Shown: positions 47,583 to 56,801 of the stretch, one piece after another | Layout: every line of letters begins with the position of its first letter | Numbering within the stretch: the first letter of the stretch is position 1 | Source: an uncultured Candidatus Saccharibacteria bacterium | GTDB taxonomy: Bacteria > Patescibacteriota > Saccharimonadia > CAILAD01 > JADZBC01 | Length of the DNA stretch: 64,000 nucleotides | Assembly: GCA_964600985.1 (NCBI GenBank) | Contig: CAZRJR010000001.1 | Span: 235,534-299,533 of the forward strand | Direction: 5' to 3' | Translations under genes and position numbers: made by a program | Notes under the pieces: generated by a model | Database searches by the model: none | Seen by the model: only the letters and a program-made list of their open reading frames with translations | What the model was told of the DNA's origin: nothing

Positions 47583-48311
47583 TCAGTCGAAAGAAAAATA
47601 CGGATTATCAAGTTCAAATTCTAGTTCTACACCGCGAATAATCATGACCCGGGAGTGTTTATTAGTGCCATGAATAGATACCAACACTAAGATCTCACCA
47701 GGCTTTAATTTGTTCATGATTCTATGGCTAGCATAGAACTGAGCTATCTGAGTCGGAGGTGCGTCAACTACGAAATAGTAAACTTTAATATAGCCTGACT
47801 TATCATTTGTATTGTAATCCTGGTATTTTGAATGCTGTTCACGCTTTGTTTCGTAGAGTTTAGAGATTTTTACTGAGAGGTTGGTATTTTCACTAACTAT
47901 AAGAGTTCCATTTTCAGTTTTTCTTATCCAGACCTTCTCATCTGGAAACGATTTATTAAGATTAGTACCCTTCTTTACGTTTAAGGTTCTGTTAATTAAT
48001 GCCTTAGTATCATTAATGGTATCAAAACGATAATTAACAAATGCAACTTCTGCGATTCCTTGGTAGTCATGTCCGTTTGCACGAATGCTTATCTCTGCTT
48101 CAGGAGAAGACTCTTCATTTGAGCAGATCCTTGTTAGGAAACCGCTACGGTGAAGCTCAAAAATCGCTTTTATCTCAGCCTTTATATCATCTGGACAAGC
48201 CGTAAATCTACTATGTACAAAATGTTTAAAATCGACATACCCCTTAGTTGCGGCCAACGCCTCCAGCATCTCACAATAGGGGCTAGGTAGTAACTTATTT
48301 GGATTAGTCAT
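47583..48311 (-). CDS. hypothetical protein (AT-rich, ~37% GC) adjacent to tRNA-Gln
   Basis: 242-aa ORF with its own terminator. Composition is well below the backbone. Confidence 0.45.
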   Translation of the reverse strand: MTNPNKLLPSPYCEMLEALAATKGYVDFKHFVHSRFTACPDDIKAEIKAIFELHRSGFLTRICSNEESSPEAEISIRANGHDYQGIAEVAFVNYRFDTINDTKALINRTLNVKKGTNLNKSFPDEKVWIRKTENGTLIVSENTNLSVKISKLYETKREQHSKYQDYNTNDKSGYIKVYYFVVDAPPTQIAQFYASHRIMNKLKPGEILVLVSIHGTNKHSRVMIIRGVELEFELDNPYFSFD

Positions 48312-48376
48312 TTAGGCTGGTTTCCATACGCCACATTAGAAATAGGGACATGAGTCAGAAATTCTAGTATCGCGTC

Positions 48377-48451
48377 TGGCTGGGGCGGAGGGATTCGAAC
48401 CCCCGAATGGCGGCACCAAAAGCCGCTGCCTTACCACTTGGCGACGCCCCA
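48377..48451 (-). tRNA. tRNA-Gln (anticodon UUG), CCA encoded
   Basis: Hand fold: acceptor TGGGGCG/CGCCCCA, D-arm GCC-AAGTGGTAA-GGC, anticodon stem GCGGC/GCCGC with loop TTTTGGT, T-arm GGGGG-TTCGAAT-CCCTC. The architecture is near-identical to E. coli tRNA-Gln. Confidence 0.8.
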
Positions 48452-48563
48452 GTATCGAACTAAATAACAACCACAATCGTAGCTGAATTTGAGCGGTTTT
48501 TCAACCTGTAGATCTGCGCGAATGCATTCATAGTATGCTGCTTATGCTAAAATCCTAAGTATT

Positions 48564-49790
48564 ATGCCACAGTCTAAAACACTCAAAAGAAGTCTTGGCT
48601 TACCAATCGTCGCACTATATGGCTTGGGCAATATTCTCGGGGCTGGCATATATGTGCTGGTTGGTAAGGTTGCTGGCGAGGCAGGGCATAGTACCGTATT
48701 TGCCTTCTTGGTGGCTATGGTGATAGCGGGCTTAACCGCATTCTCGTATATGGAGCTCTCAGGCCGCTATCCGGCGAGCGCAAGCGTATCGGTCTACTTG
48801 CATAAAGCCTTTGGCAAAAAGTGGCTCTCAGTTGGAATAGGGCTGGCCATGGTGGCTGCGGGCATAACCTCGGCAGCTACGCTATCTAAGGGCTTTGCAG
48901 GCTACTTAAGCTCGCTTGTAGCGGTTCCAGAACTACTTGCCGGTATAGGTTTGCTTATAGTTCTTGGACTGGTAGCAGCAAAGGGAATAGGGGAGTCGGC
49001 TGCCTTGGCCGGAGTGTTTACAATTGTAGAGATAACTGGCTTAGCTTTAGTGATCTATGCGGGTCGTAGCTCGCTTGGCAGCATTGATGCGGCTAAGCTG
49101 CTATCCATAGACCCAGCGGTCGGTATAAGCGGGCTAATTGGCGGGGCTTTTCTGGCTTTTTACGCTTTTATTGGCTTCGAAGATATGGTTAACATTGCCG
49201 AAGAAACAAAGCGGCCCGAGCGCACTATGCCACTCGCAATACTTATATCGCTCTTGGTATCGACGGCACTTTACCTGATGGTTGCAGCTGTGGCCATAAC
49301 CGCAGTGCCACCGGCCGAATTGGCAAGTAGTAAGGCGCCGCTCTCGCTCGTATATGCGCGCGAGACTGGGGGAAGTGCTTTGTTTCTGACGATAATAGGT
49401 ATATCGGCTGCTATAAATGGGGTGATAGTGCAGATAATTATGGGTTCGCGAATACTGTACGGACTGTCGCGCCAGGGCTGGATCGATAAGCATCTAGCGG
49501 CCGTGAATAAGGAGACTGAAACGCCGCTGATCGCAACGCTGGTTGTGGTAGGCCTTATGATCGCAGCTTCTGCTTTTCTGCCACTCGTTTCATTGGCGCG
49601 GTTAACCAGCCTGATAGTATTGGCCATTTTCGCCTTGGTAAACATTTCGCTGATCATCATTAAGCGGCGGGGGGATAAACACAATGGGGCAATATCCACT
49701 CCGATAGTGATCCCGTATTTGGGAGCTGCAAGTTGCGTGCTGATCATTCTTTACGAACTCAGAAACATGCTTTTGGCTGGTGTGAGCTAG
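48564..49790 (+). CDS. amino acid permease (APC superfamily)
   Basis: 12-TM profile and an N-terminal GAGIYVLVG-type APC signature. Confidence 0.85.
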   Translation: MPQSKTLKRSLGLPIVALYGLGNILGAGIYVLVGKVAGEAGHSTVFAFLVAMVIAGLTAFSYMELSGRYPASASVSVYLHKAFGKKWLSVGIGLAMVAAGITSAATLSKGFAGYLSSLVAVPELLAGIGLLIVLGLVAAKGIGESAALAGVFTIVEITGLALVIYAGRSSLGSIDAAKLLSIDPAVGISGLIGGAFLAFYAFIGFEDMVNIAEETKRPERTMPLAILISLLVSTALYLMVAAVAITAVPPAELASSKAPLSLVYARETGGSALFLTIIGISAAINGVIVQIIMGSRILYGLSRQGWIDKHLAAVNKETETPLIATLVVVGLMIAASAFLPLVSLARLTSLIVLAIFALVNISLIIIKRRGDKHNGAISTPIVIPYLGAASCVLIILYELRNMLLAGVS

Positions 49791-49833
49791 GGGATCGTAC
49801 CTTCGAGGTGCTAAATAAGGTATAATACCAAGT

Positions 49834-50550
49834 ATGCAGAAAAAAAGATTAGCATTCGATATAGAAATGGTAGGCGAGGATTGGGATAAGCTTGATCCGT
49901 TGACGCAAAAGGACCTCATGAAGAGCCTGCCCAACAAGGAGCTAGAGCCAGTTGCTTACGAGCGCGAATTTGCCGAGCTCAAGCGCAAGCTGGTATTCTC
50001 GCCACTTACCGGCAAGATCATTGCCATTGGAGTCTATGATCCAGCCGAAGACAAGGGCGCGGTCTACTACGACGCTGGCCAAAAGCAGCCTGACGACCAA
50101 GAGGAAGACAATATAAAGTATGTTGCCATGACCGAGGCTGAAATGCTAACTAAGTTCTGGGCACTAGCCGAGATTACCGACGAATTCATAAGCTTTTTTG
50201 GTCGCCGCAGCGATGCGCCCTATATGGCGATTCGTTCGGCCATTCACGGCATTCGACCAAGTAAGGATTTAGTAAGTAATCGCTACAATTCATCGCATCA
50301 ACCAGGCGCGGTTCATTATGACCTCGCGGACCTATTGAGCTTTTATGGTAGTGCTATGTACAAGGGTAGTTTGCATCGCTGGTGCAGGGCGTTTAACATC
50401 ACGAGCCCTAAAGAAGCCGGCATGGATGGCGCCGATGTGGGCCAAGCTTACGCCGATGGTAAATACCTCGAAATAGCTCGCTATAATATGGAGGACGTCA
50501 AAGCCACGGCCAAGTTATTCGACTACTGGGATCGATATTTAAGAACATAA
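49834..50550 (+). CDS. predicted 3'-5' exonuclease (RNase H-like/DnaQ-like fold)
   Basis: Exo I-like FDIE, and later YNxxD-like (YNMEDV) acidic motifs. Confidence 0.5.
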   Translation: MQKKRLAFDIEMVGEDWDKLDPLTQKDLMKSLPNKELEPVAYEREFAELKRKLVFSPLTGKIIAIGVYDPAEDKGAVYYDAGQKQPDDQEEDNIKYVAMTEAEMLTKFWALAEITDEFISFFGRRSDAPYMAIRSAIHGIRPSKDLVSNRYNSSHQPGAVHYDLADLLSFYGSAMYKGSLHRWCRAFNITSPKEAGMDGADVGQAYADGKYLEIARYNMEDVKATAKLFDYWDRYLRT

Positions 50551-50568
50551 TTAACAACGGGAGGCAGT

Positions 50569-51033
50569 ATGCTAAAAGTTGGAGACAAGGTACCAAGCTA
50601 TAAGCTGCAAGATCAGGATGGGAACGAACACACCGAAGCGGAGCTAAAGGGTAAAACAACCTTGATTTACTTTTACCCAAAAGACAATACGCCAGGCTGT
50701 ACGGCCCAGGCGTGCCAATTGCGCGATAATCTTGAAGATCTAAACAAAGACGGCATAGAAGTAATTGGTGTAAGCGCCGATAGTGTAAAGAGCCACCGTG
50801 GTTTTGCCGACAAGTTTAAGTTGCCATTTACTATTCTGGCTGACCCAGATAAGCAAATGATCCAGACGTTTGGCGCTTGGGCAGAGAAGAGTATGTTTGG
50901 CAAGAAGTACATGGGGATTACCCGCTCCAGCTTCCTGATTGGACCCGATGCTCGTGTGCTAGCTGTATGGCCCAAGGTTAAGCCATTGCACCAGGTAGAA
51001 GACGTACGCGAGTTCTTAGCTGCTCAAAAGTAG
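50569..51033 (+). CDS. bcp: thioredoxin-dependent peroxiredoxin Bcp
   Basis: FYPKDNTPGCTAQAC active-site motif. Confidence 0.85.
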   Translation: MLKVGDKVPSYKLQDQDGNEHTEAELKGKTTLIYFYPKDNTPGCTAQACQLRDNLEDLNKDGIEVIGVSADSVKSHRGFADKFKLPFTILADPDKQMIQTFGAWAEKSMFGKKYMGITRSSFLIGPDARVLAVWPKVKPLHQVEDVREFLAAQK

Positions 51034-51036
51034 TCT

Positions 51037-51522
51037 ATGGGTTGGCTCCTGCTACTTGGGTTGGTGGTGGTAAGCGGCTTTCTGTACGCCGTATTCTTCG
51101 GTGCTCCCTACGTACCAGCCTTTCAACAAGATATTGATGAACTTTTAGAAATGGCTAGGGTAGGGAAGGGCGCTTACTTTGTAGACCTAGGTAGCGGCGA
51201 TGGCAAAGTGCTGCTGGCCGCAGCCAAACGTGGTGCCCAGGTAGAGGGCTATGAGATTAACCCTGTCTTGTGGCTGGTGAGTAAGTGGCGATTACGTAGG
51301 TTCAGGAGCCAAGCCAAGTTGCACCTAGGCTCCATGTGGCGAGCGAATGTAGGTAGTGCCGACGTCGTGTTTTTATACCTCCACACCAACTGGATGCACA
51401 AAATGGCAACCAAACTAAAGGCTGAGCTCAAGCCTGGTGCTATGGCGGTGTCCTATGTATTTAACTTTGGTGGCCTCAAGCCCATGCAGACTACTCGCAA
51501 TGCCTATATATATAAGTTTTAG
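51037..51522 (+). CDS. class I SAM-dependent methyltransferase (small)
   Basis: Motif I VDLGSGDGKVLL, acidic residue at the end of beta-2 (EGYEIN). Confidence 0.55.
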   Translation: MGWLLLLGLVVVSGFLYAVFFGAPYVPAFQQDIDELLEMARVGKGAYFVDLGSGDGKVLLAAAKRGAQVEGYEINPVLWLVSKWRLRRFRSQAKLHLGSMWRANVGSADVVFLYLHTNWMHKMATKLKAELKPGAMAVSYVFNFGGLKPMQTTRNAYIYKF

Positions 51523-51587
51523 CATGCAGTATATCTTTGACCGCGAGGCGGAAAATTCGTACAATAGAACTATAGTAAAGGAGGCGT

Positions 51588-52190
51588 ATGACCTACGTAT
51601 TTCAACCCCGAGAACCTCAGCCGCTTAAGTATAAGAGTGTAGAAGGTCTCAGCGAAAAACAGCTAGCGGAGCACCACGACGTGCTTTATGCTGGTTATGT
51701 AAAGAAGTATAACGAGATCATGGAGAAGCTGGGAAGCGTGGACCTGAGTGGTACCAATGCCACCTATTCAGAGCTACGGGAGCTGATGGTGGAGAAGTCA
51801 TTTGCTCTCAATGGACTCAAGTTACACGAACTCTACTTTGCCAACCTAACTGATAAACCAGCACCAATCGAGGGTAAGATTAAAGACCTACTCACTAAAC
51901 AGTGGGGGAGTTTCGAAGCCTGGCAGGACCAATTTGCCGCACTCGGCATCGCGTCACGCGGCTGGGTCGTACTAGCTTACGACTATGCACTTGGGCGATT
52001 TGACAACTACGTGCTCGATGCTCATAACCAAGGCAGTATAGTAGATACTGAAATCGCCCTGGTCATGGACGTGTATGAGCACGCGTACTTCCTCGATTAC
52101 GGTACCGCGCGTAAGGAATACATAGTGAGCTTTATGGCGGCGATTGACTGGGCCGAGGTCAACAAACGCGTAGCTCATCACGAAGTATAG
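51588..52190 (+). CDS. sodA: Fe/Mn superoxide dismutase
   Basis: HHDKHH-like N-terminus (LAEHHDVLYAGYV) and a C-terminal D...WEHAYY-like metal site (DVYEHAYFLDY). Confidence 0.9.
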   Translation: MTYVFQPREPQPLKYKSVEGLSEKQLAEHHDVLYAGYVKKYNEIMEKLGSVDLSGTNATYSELRELMVEKSFALNGLKLHELYFANLTDKPAPIEGKIKDLLTKQWGSFEAWQDQFAALGIASRGWVVLAYDYALGRFDNYVLDAHNQGSIVDTEIALVMDVYEHAYFLDYGTARKEYIVSFMAAIDWAEVNKRVAHHEV

Positions 52191-52209
52191 ATAACCCAAA
52201 GGAGAATAT

Positions 52210-52731
52210 ATGTTAAAGCTTAATCAACCAGCACCAGAGTTTACTCAGCCAGCCTACGTAGCGGGCAAGGATTTTAGCGAGGTTAGCTTAAAGGACTACA
52301 AGGGTAAATGGGTGGTATTGTTCTTTTACCCACGTGATTTTACTTTTGTGTGTCCAACTGAGATCCGGGGTTTTGCAAAAGCAGAGGATGAGTTCGCTAA
52401 AATCGACGCCGTAATCTTAGCAGCTTCGACCGATAGCGTGTACTCACACAAGGCATGGTTCGAGCAAGACCTTAAAGAAGTTAAATTTCCAGTACTCGCC
52501 GACACTGCACACACACTAGCTCGCGACTATGAGGTGCTTAATGAGTCCGATGGTACGGCTGAGCGCGGTACGTTCATCATTGACCCAGAAGGTAACCTGC
52601 GCTACGTAGTTATATCAGATGGCAATGTAGGTCGTAGTGTAGAAGAAACCTTGCGCGTTGTTAAGGCACTCCAGACCGGCGGACTCTGCCCAGTAGACTG
52701 GGAGCCCGGCCAAGATACGTTAAAAGGTTAG
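52210..52731 (+). CDS. peroxiredoxin (AhpC/TSA family)
   Basis: FFYPRDFTFVCPTE peroxidatic-cysteine motif. Confidence 0.85.
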   Translation: MLKLNQPAPEFTQPAYVAGKDFSEVSLKDYKGKWVVLFFYPRDFTFVCPTEIRGFAKAEDEFAKIDAVILAASTDSVYSHKAWFEQDLKEVKFPVLADTAHTLARDYEVLNESDGTAERGTFIIDPEGNLRYVVISDGNVGRSVEETLRVVKALQTGGLCPVDWEPGQDTLKG

Positions 52732-52740
52732 GAGATATTC

Positions 52741-53454
52741 ATGCCACCACTTGACCCCTCCATGCCAGACATGCCCACGCCAACTATGCCAGTCGAACAA
52801 CCGACTGGTGGTGGAAAGCACGGTGAAGAGCTCAAGAAATTCCAGATCATCGCCCTCGTACTCGGAGTGTTGGCTTTGTTATTCTTCGTTACAACTTTAG
52901 TGTACGCATCTCAAGCCTCTAAGCAAGCTGCGGCCAATGCTAGTAAGTATGCCGAAGGCCAAGAGGCAGGTAAGAAGGAACAGAAAGAAGCTGATACCTT
53001 GGCTTATAACAAGGAAGTTACCAGCAGTACCCGTACCTATACCGCGCCAGTTGTAAACGGAAGCTTCGAAATGAGCTACCCAAAGGCGTGGAGTTTATCG
53101 GTGGACTCCGATAGCTCGTACCCGGTCAATGGGTTTATTAACCCCGGCTTTGTAACGGTTACATCTCCTGAGCAGGCACTGCGCTTTACGCTCATCAATC
53201 AGCCATACGACAGTATCAAGAAGCGCTACGATGATAACGCTCGCAATAGCAAGGCTAAAAGTAAGGAAGTGACTGTGTCTGGCATAAAAGGCGTGCAGTA
53301 TACGGGCAACATCAACGACAAGAGCAAGACTGCGGTTGGTACGGTTACTATTGTGCCGCTACGCGATAAGACTATGCTGATGCAAACCGACAATAACAAG
53401 CTCTACCTAGACACCTACCAGCAGATGTTGGATACCGCCAAGCTTATTCAGTAG
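52741..53454 (+). CDS. membrane-anchored hypothetical protein
   Basis: Single TM after a Pro/Met-rich N-terminus, extracytoplasmic domain. Confidence 0.4.
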   Translation: MPPLDPSMPDMPTPTMPVEQPTGGGKHGEELKKFQIIALVLGVLALLFFVTTLVYASQASKQAAANASKYAEGQEAGKKEQKEADTLAYNKEVTSSTRTYTAPVVNGSFEMSYPKAWSLSVDSDSSYPVNGFINPGFVTVTSPEQALRFTLINQPYDSIKKRYDDNARNSKAKSKEVTVSGIKGVQYTGNINDKSKTAVGTVTIVPLRDKTMLMQTDNNKLYLDTYQQMLDTAKLIQ

Positions 53455-53524
53455 CTTTGTGCTGGCAAATTGAATACTGCTAATTCTGCTTATGCTTGCG
53501 ATGGGTTCTAAAACCACGTAGCGT

Positions 53525-54247
53525 ATGGGTATGACACGAAGGGTGAGTACTCAGGCTTTTGGCTCGACTGCCTCGCAGGCGGTGTATTTACACTGGCTCT
53601 CGCACTACTTGCAAAGTCCACTCACGGCGCTTACGGGCTATATAGAGATGATTGGTGATCGTACGTTTACGGGTAAGCAAACCGAGATGGTCGCCCAAGC
53701 GCGAGCGGGTGCGCAGCGCGCTCAGCAGGTACTTAATAGTATTGTGGCGCTCCATAGGCAGTTAGAACGAGGTAGTACAAACGACGAAGTTGTCTCGATC
53801 GATAGCTTGCTTAACCGTGTTGCTAGAGTGCTTAATGTAGAGTTTGCTGTGGAGCGCACACGGAGCTTACCGAGTGTATGTCTCGGCGAGGAAACGGCCT
53901 TCGATGGGATCTGCTTGCTTCTCGACGCCCTGCGCTTAGAGCTGGGTAGTAGAAAGTTTCACGTTACGTATAGACAAAGGAGTTCGGAGCTGGTAATACA
54001 TATTGGGATTAAAAAGCGCAAGCAAATGCTAGCCGACATACTAAAAGCCCTTAGTTTGTTGCCTACAGACCACTATCCACTCATTCCCGGTGAGTACATT
54101 GGATTGGCCACAGGTGTGGTATTGTTACGTGCTTCTGGTTGTGCCATGGTAGTCCGGCCCGCTTCTGCACGTTGTATCGATATGTATTTGCATGTACGGC
54201 TGCTTAGGCAGCTCAGCCTGGTTGATATCACTCCTGATCTCGGTTAA
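53525..54247 (+). CDS. HisKA-like phosphoacceptor domain protein (sensor-less kinase-like)
   Basis: LSHYLQSPLTALTGYIEMI resembles the H-box. No clear ATPase G-boxes seen. Confidence 0.35.
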   Translation: MGMTRRVSTQAFGSTASQAVYLHWLSHYLQSPLTALTGYIEMIGDRTFTGKQTEMVAQARAGAQRAQQVLNSIVALHRQLERGSTNDEVVSIDSLLNRVARVLNVEFAVERTRSLPSVCLGEETAFDGICLLLDALRLELGSRKFHVTYRQRSSELVIHIGIKKRKQMLADILKALSLLPTDHYPLIPGEYIGLATGVVLLRASGCAMVVRPASARCIDMYLHVRLLRQLSLVDITPDLG

Positions 54248-54259
54248 GCTAAAGATAAA

Positions 54260-54679
54260 ATGACTCAATCTAGCCCCATGCATCCACAGCCTAGTCCTAA
54301 GCAAAAAACCATCCTGATAGTCGAGGACGATGAGTTATTAGCACACATGTATCAGCTGAAGCTAGAGTACGCCGGTTACAGTGTAATCTTGGCCCATACG
54401 GCCGCCGAGGCTCAGCAAATTATCCGCAAGCAGCCGCTAGATTTAATAATTCTCGATATATTGTTGCCGAGGGTGAATGGCTTAGTAGTACTCAAGGATA
54501 TTCGCAAGGACGTACGCACCATGCACTGCCCAGTTATTGTGCTAACTAATCTCAGTAATACCGAGGTAGATATGCACGACGACGTGGCAGATGCGCTCGG
54601 GGTGGTGGCATACCTAGTGAAGTCGAAGGTAACTCCTGCTCAGGTGCTCAAGGCAGTAGCTGCGGCACTCAAGGATTAG
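54260..54679 (+). CDS. single-domain response regulator (CheY-like receiver)
   Basis: ILIVEDDELLAH...LDLIILDILLP receiver motifs. 139 aa, no output domain. Confidence 0.75.
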   Translation: MTQSSPMHPQPSPKQKTILIVEDDELLAHMYQLKLEYAGYSVILAHTAAEAQQIIRKQPLDLIILDILLPRVNGLVVLKDIRKDVRTMHCPVIVLTNLSNTEVDMHDDVADALGVVAYLVKSKVTPAQVLKAVAAALKD

Positions 54680-54682
54680 CTC

Positions 54683-55396
54683 ATGACAGCTCGACAGTAC
54701 AAGACTCAAGCGATTTTATTGCGGCGTCATAACTTGGGTGAAGCCGATAGAATCCTTACCTTGCTAAGCCCAGAATTAGGGAAGATTCGGGTTGTGGCTA
54801 AAGGTGTACGCCGAGGGCGCAGTAAGTTAGCGGGGCACTTGGAGCCTTTTGTGGTGACGAACTTACATGTAGCTAAAGGACGTAATCTAGATATCGTTAC
54901 CTCGGCACAGGGAGGGCGCTACTTTACACTGGCTTCTTCGCAACTTGAGAGGCTTGGACTTGCGCATTTACTCCTAGAAATATGCGACAAACTACTCGTG
55001 GAGCACCAGCCTCAGCCGGTGGCGTTTGCGTTACTCATAGAAGTGCTCGAAGCTATAGAGGTTGGGGTAGAAGTATCTTTGGCGCGCCATTACTTTTATG
55101 TTAAGCTCCTAGATTCATTAGGGCACCGGCCTGAAATCAATGCAGATCTTAGTGGGCAGGAGTACTATTTGCTACTACAGTCTGGTTCATTGGCTGTGTC
55201 TCGACCGGCAGAGGAGTCGGTGGTACTACCGGAGGATGTCGTAAAGCTATGGCGACTTATCTTTGCTAACTCGCTTGCGCAAGTGGCACGTGTCTCTACA
55301 GCTGTCGTTTTGGCCCAATCGGCCCAAGCAAGTGTGGAGCGGTTTTATGACTACCAGTTTGGTGTGCGCTTTTATTCAGAAACCATACTCGGCTGA
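54683..55396 (+). CDS. recO: DNA repair protein RecO
   Basis: N-terminal OB-fold motif (AILLRRHNLGEADRILTLLSPELGKIRVVAKGVRR). Confidence 0.8.
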   Translation: MTARQYKTQAILLRRHNLGEADRILTLLSPELGKIRVVAKGVRRGRSKLAGHLEPFVVTNLHVAKGRNLDIVTSAQGGRYFTLASSQLERLGLAHLLLEICDKLLVEHQPQPVAFALLIEVLEAIEVGVEVSLARHYFYVKLLDSLGHRPEINADLSGQEYYLLLQSGSLAVSRPAEESVVLPEDVVKLWRLIFANSLAQVARVSTAVVLAQSAQASVERFYDYQFGVRFYSETILG

Positions 55397-55434
55397 GATT
55401 CACGTATGGCCGCCTTTAGGCTATAATATTACAC

Positions 55435-56799
55435 ATGAGTGAGAGCAAAAAGCCAAGTTTGACCATGGAGGAGCTGGTTAGTTATGCCAAGCGCCGTGGC
55501 TTTGTGTTCCAGGCCAGTGAGATCTACGGGGGCTTAGCTGGATTCTGGGATTGGGGCCCTTATGGTGTTGAGCTCAGCCGTAATCTTAAAGAAGCATGGT
55601 GGAAGGCCTTTGTCTTTAAGCGACCTAATGTTGTCGGTCTCGATACGGCTATCATACAGAATCCTAAGCTTTGGAAAACCAGCGGTCACATCGATACCTT
55701 TGTCGACCCATTGGTCGATTGTAAACATTGTAAACACCGTTTTCGGGCTGACCAATTGACAGATTTTGAGACCAAGGATCTCAGTGAGTACGACACAGCT
55801 TTGGTGGCGATTGCTTGTCCGAACTGTCAATCGAAAGGCGAGTGGACTTCTGCACGTCAGTTCAACATGATGTTCAAGACATACGTAGGTCCGCTTGAAG
55901 TTGATGCTGCCGTAGCGTATTTACGACCTGAAACAGCGGGGGGCATTTTCGCTCAGTTCGCTAACGTGGTGGAAACGAGCCGCCAGAAGATTCCTTTTGG
56001 GATAGCACAGATTGGAAAAGGGTTTCGAAATGAGATTACGCCTGGCGATTTTATATTTCGCGTAAGAGAGTTTGACATGCTTGAGCTTGAGTATTTTGTC
56101 GAGCCAGAGCAGGGATCGAACGAGCATAAAGAATGGTTGGCATTCTGTCAGCAGTGGTTGATGGGATTGGGCATACCTGAATCTAGGCTAAGGCTATATG
56201 AACATAATGAAAATGAACGGGCTCATTATGCAGCAGCGAGTACGGATATCCAGTTTGAGTTCCCAATGGGCTTTAAGGAGCTATATGGAGTGGCGTACCG
56301 GACCGACTTTGACCTTAAGCAGCAATCACAGGGCAGCGGGAAAGATCTCAGTTATTTTGATGACGCTAGGGGAGAGCGCTATTTTCCTCATGTCGTTGAG
56401 CCTGCTATCGGCGTAGGGCGGTTGGCTCTCGCAGTACTACTCAGCGCCTACGATGAAGAAGAAGTAAATGGCGAAAAGAGAGTAGTGCTCAGATTGCACA
56501 AAGACCTTGCTCCGATAAAGGTAGCAATTTTGCCGCTCAGCAAGAAGCCTGAGTTAAGCGGTCTGGCCAAACAGGTCTTCAGTCAGATTAGCGGTGATTA
56601 TCGTATAGAATACGACGAAACCCAGTCGATTGGTCGCAGGTACCGTCGTCAGGACGAGATTGGCACACCATACTGCGTCACGGTGGACTTCGATAGCCTA
56701 GAAGACAAAGCCGTTACGGTGCGTGATCGTGACACAATGGTACAAGAGCGTATTGCAATCGCAGATCTGCCTGACTATTTGAAAGAAAAGCTAAGCTAG
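55435..56799 (+). CDS. glyQS: glycine--tRNA ligase (alpha2 dimeric type)
   Basis: Class II motifs and a C-terminal anticodon-binding domain. The Cys cluster CKHCKHRF...CPNC is typical of GlyQS. Confidence 0.9.
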   Translation: MSESKKPSLTMEELVSYAKRRGFVFQASEIYGGLAGFWDWGPYGVELSRNLKEAWWKAFVFKRPNVVGLDTAIIQNPKLWKTSGHIDTFVDPLVDCKHCKHRFRADQLTDFETKDLSEYDTALVAIACPNCQSKGEWTSARQFNMMFKTYVGPLEVDAAVAYLRPETAGGIFAQFANVVETSRQKIPFGIAQIGKGFRNEITPGDFIFRVREFDMLELEYFVEPEQGSNEHKEWLAFCQQWLMGLGIPESRLRLYEHNENERAHYAAASTDIQFEFPMGFKELYGVAYRTDFDLKQQSQGSGKDLSYFDDARGERYFPHVVEPAIGVGRLALAVLLSAYDEEEVNGEKRVVLRLHKDLAPIKVAILPLSKKPELSGLAKQVFSQISGDYRIEYDETQSIGRRYRRQDEIGTPYCVTVDFDSLEDKAVTVRDRDTMVQERIAIADLPDYLKEKLS

Positions 56800-56801
56800 G
56801 C

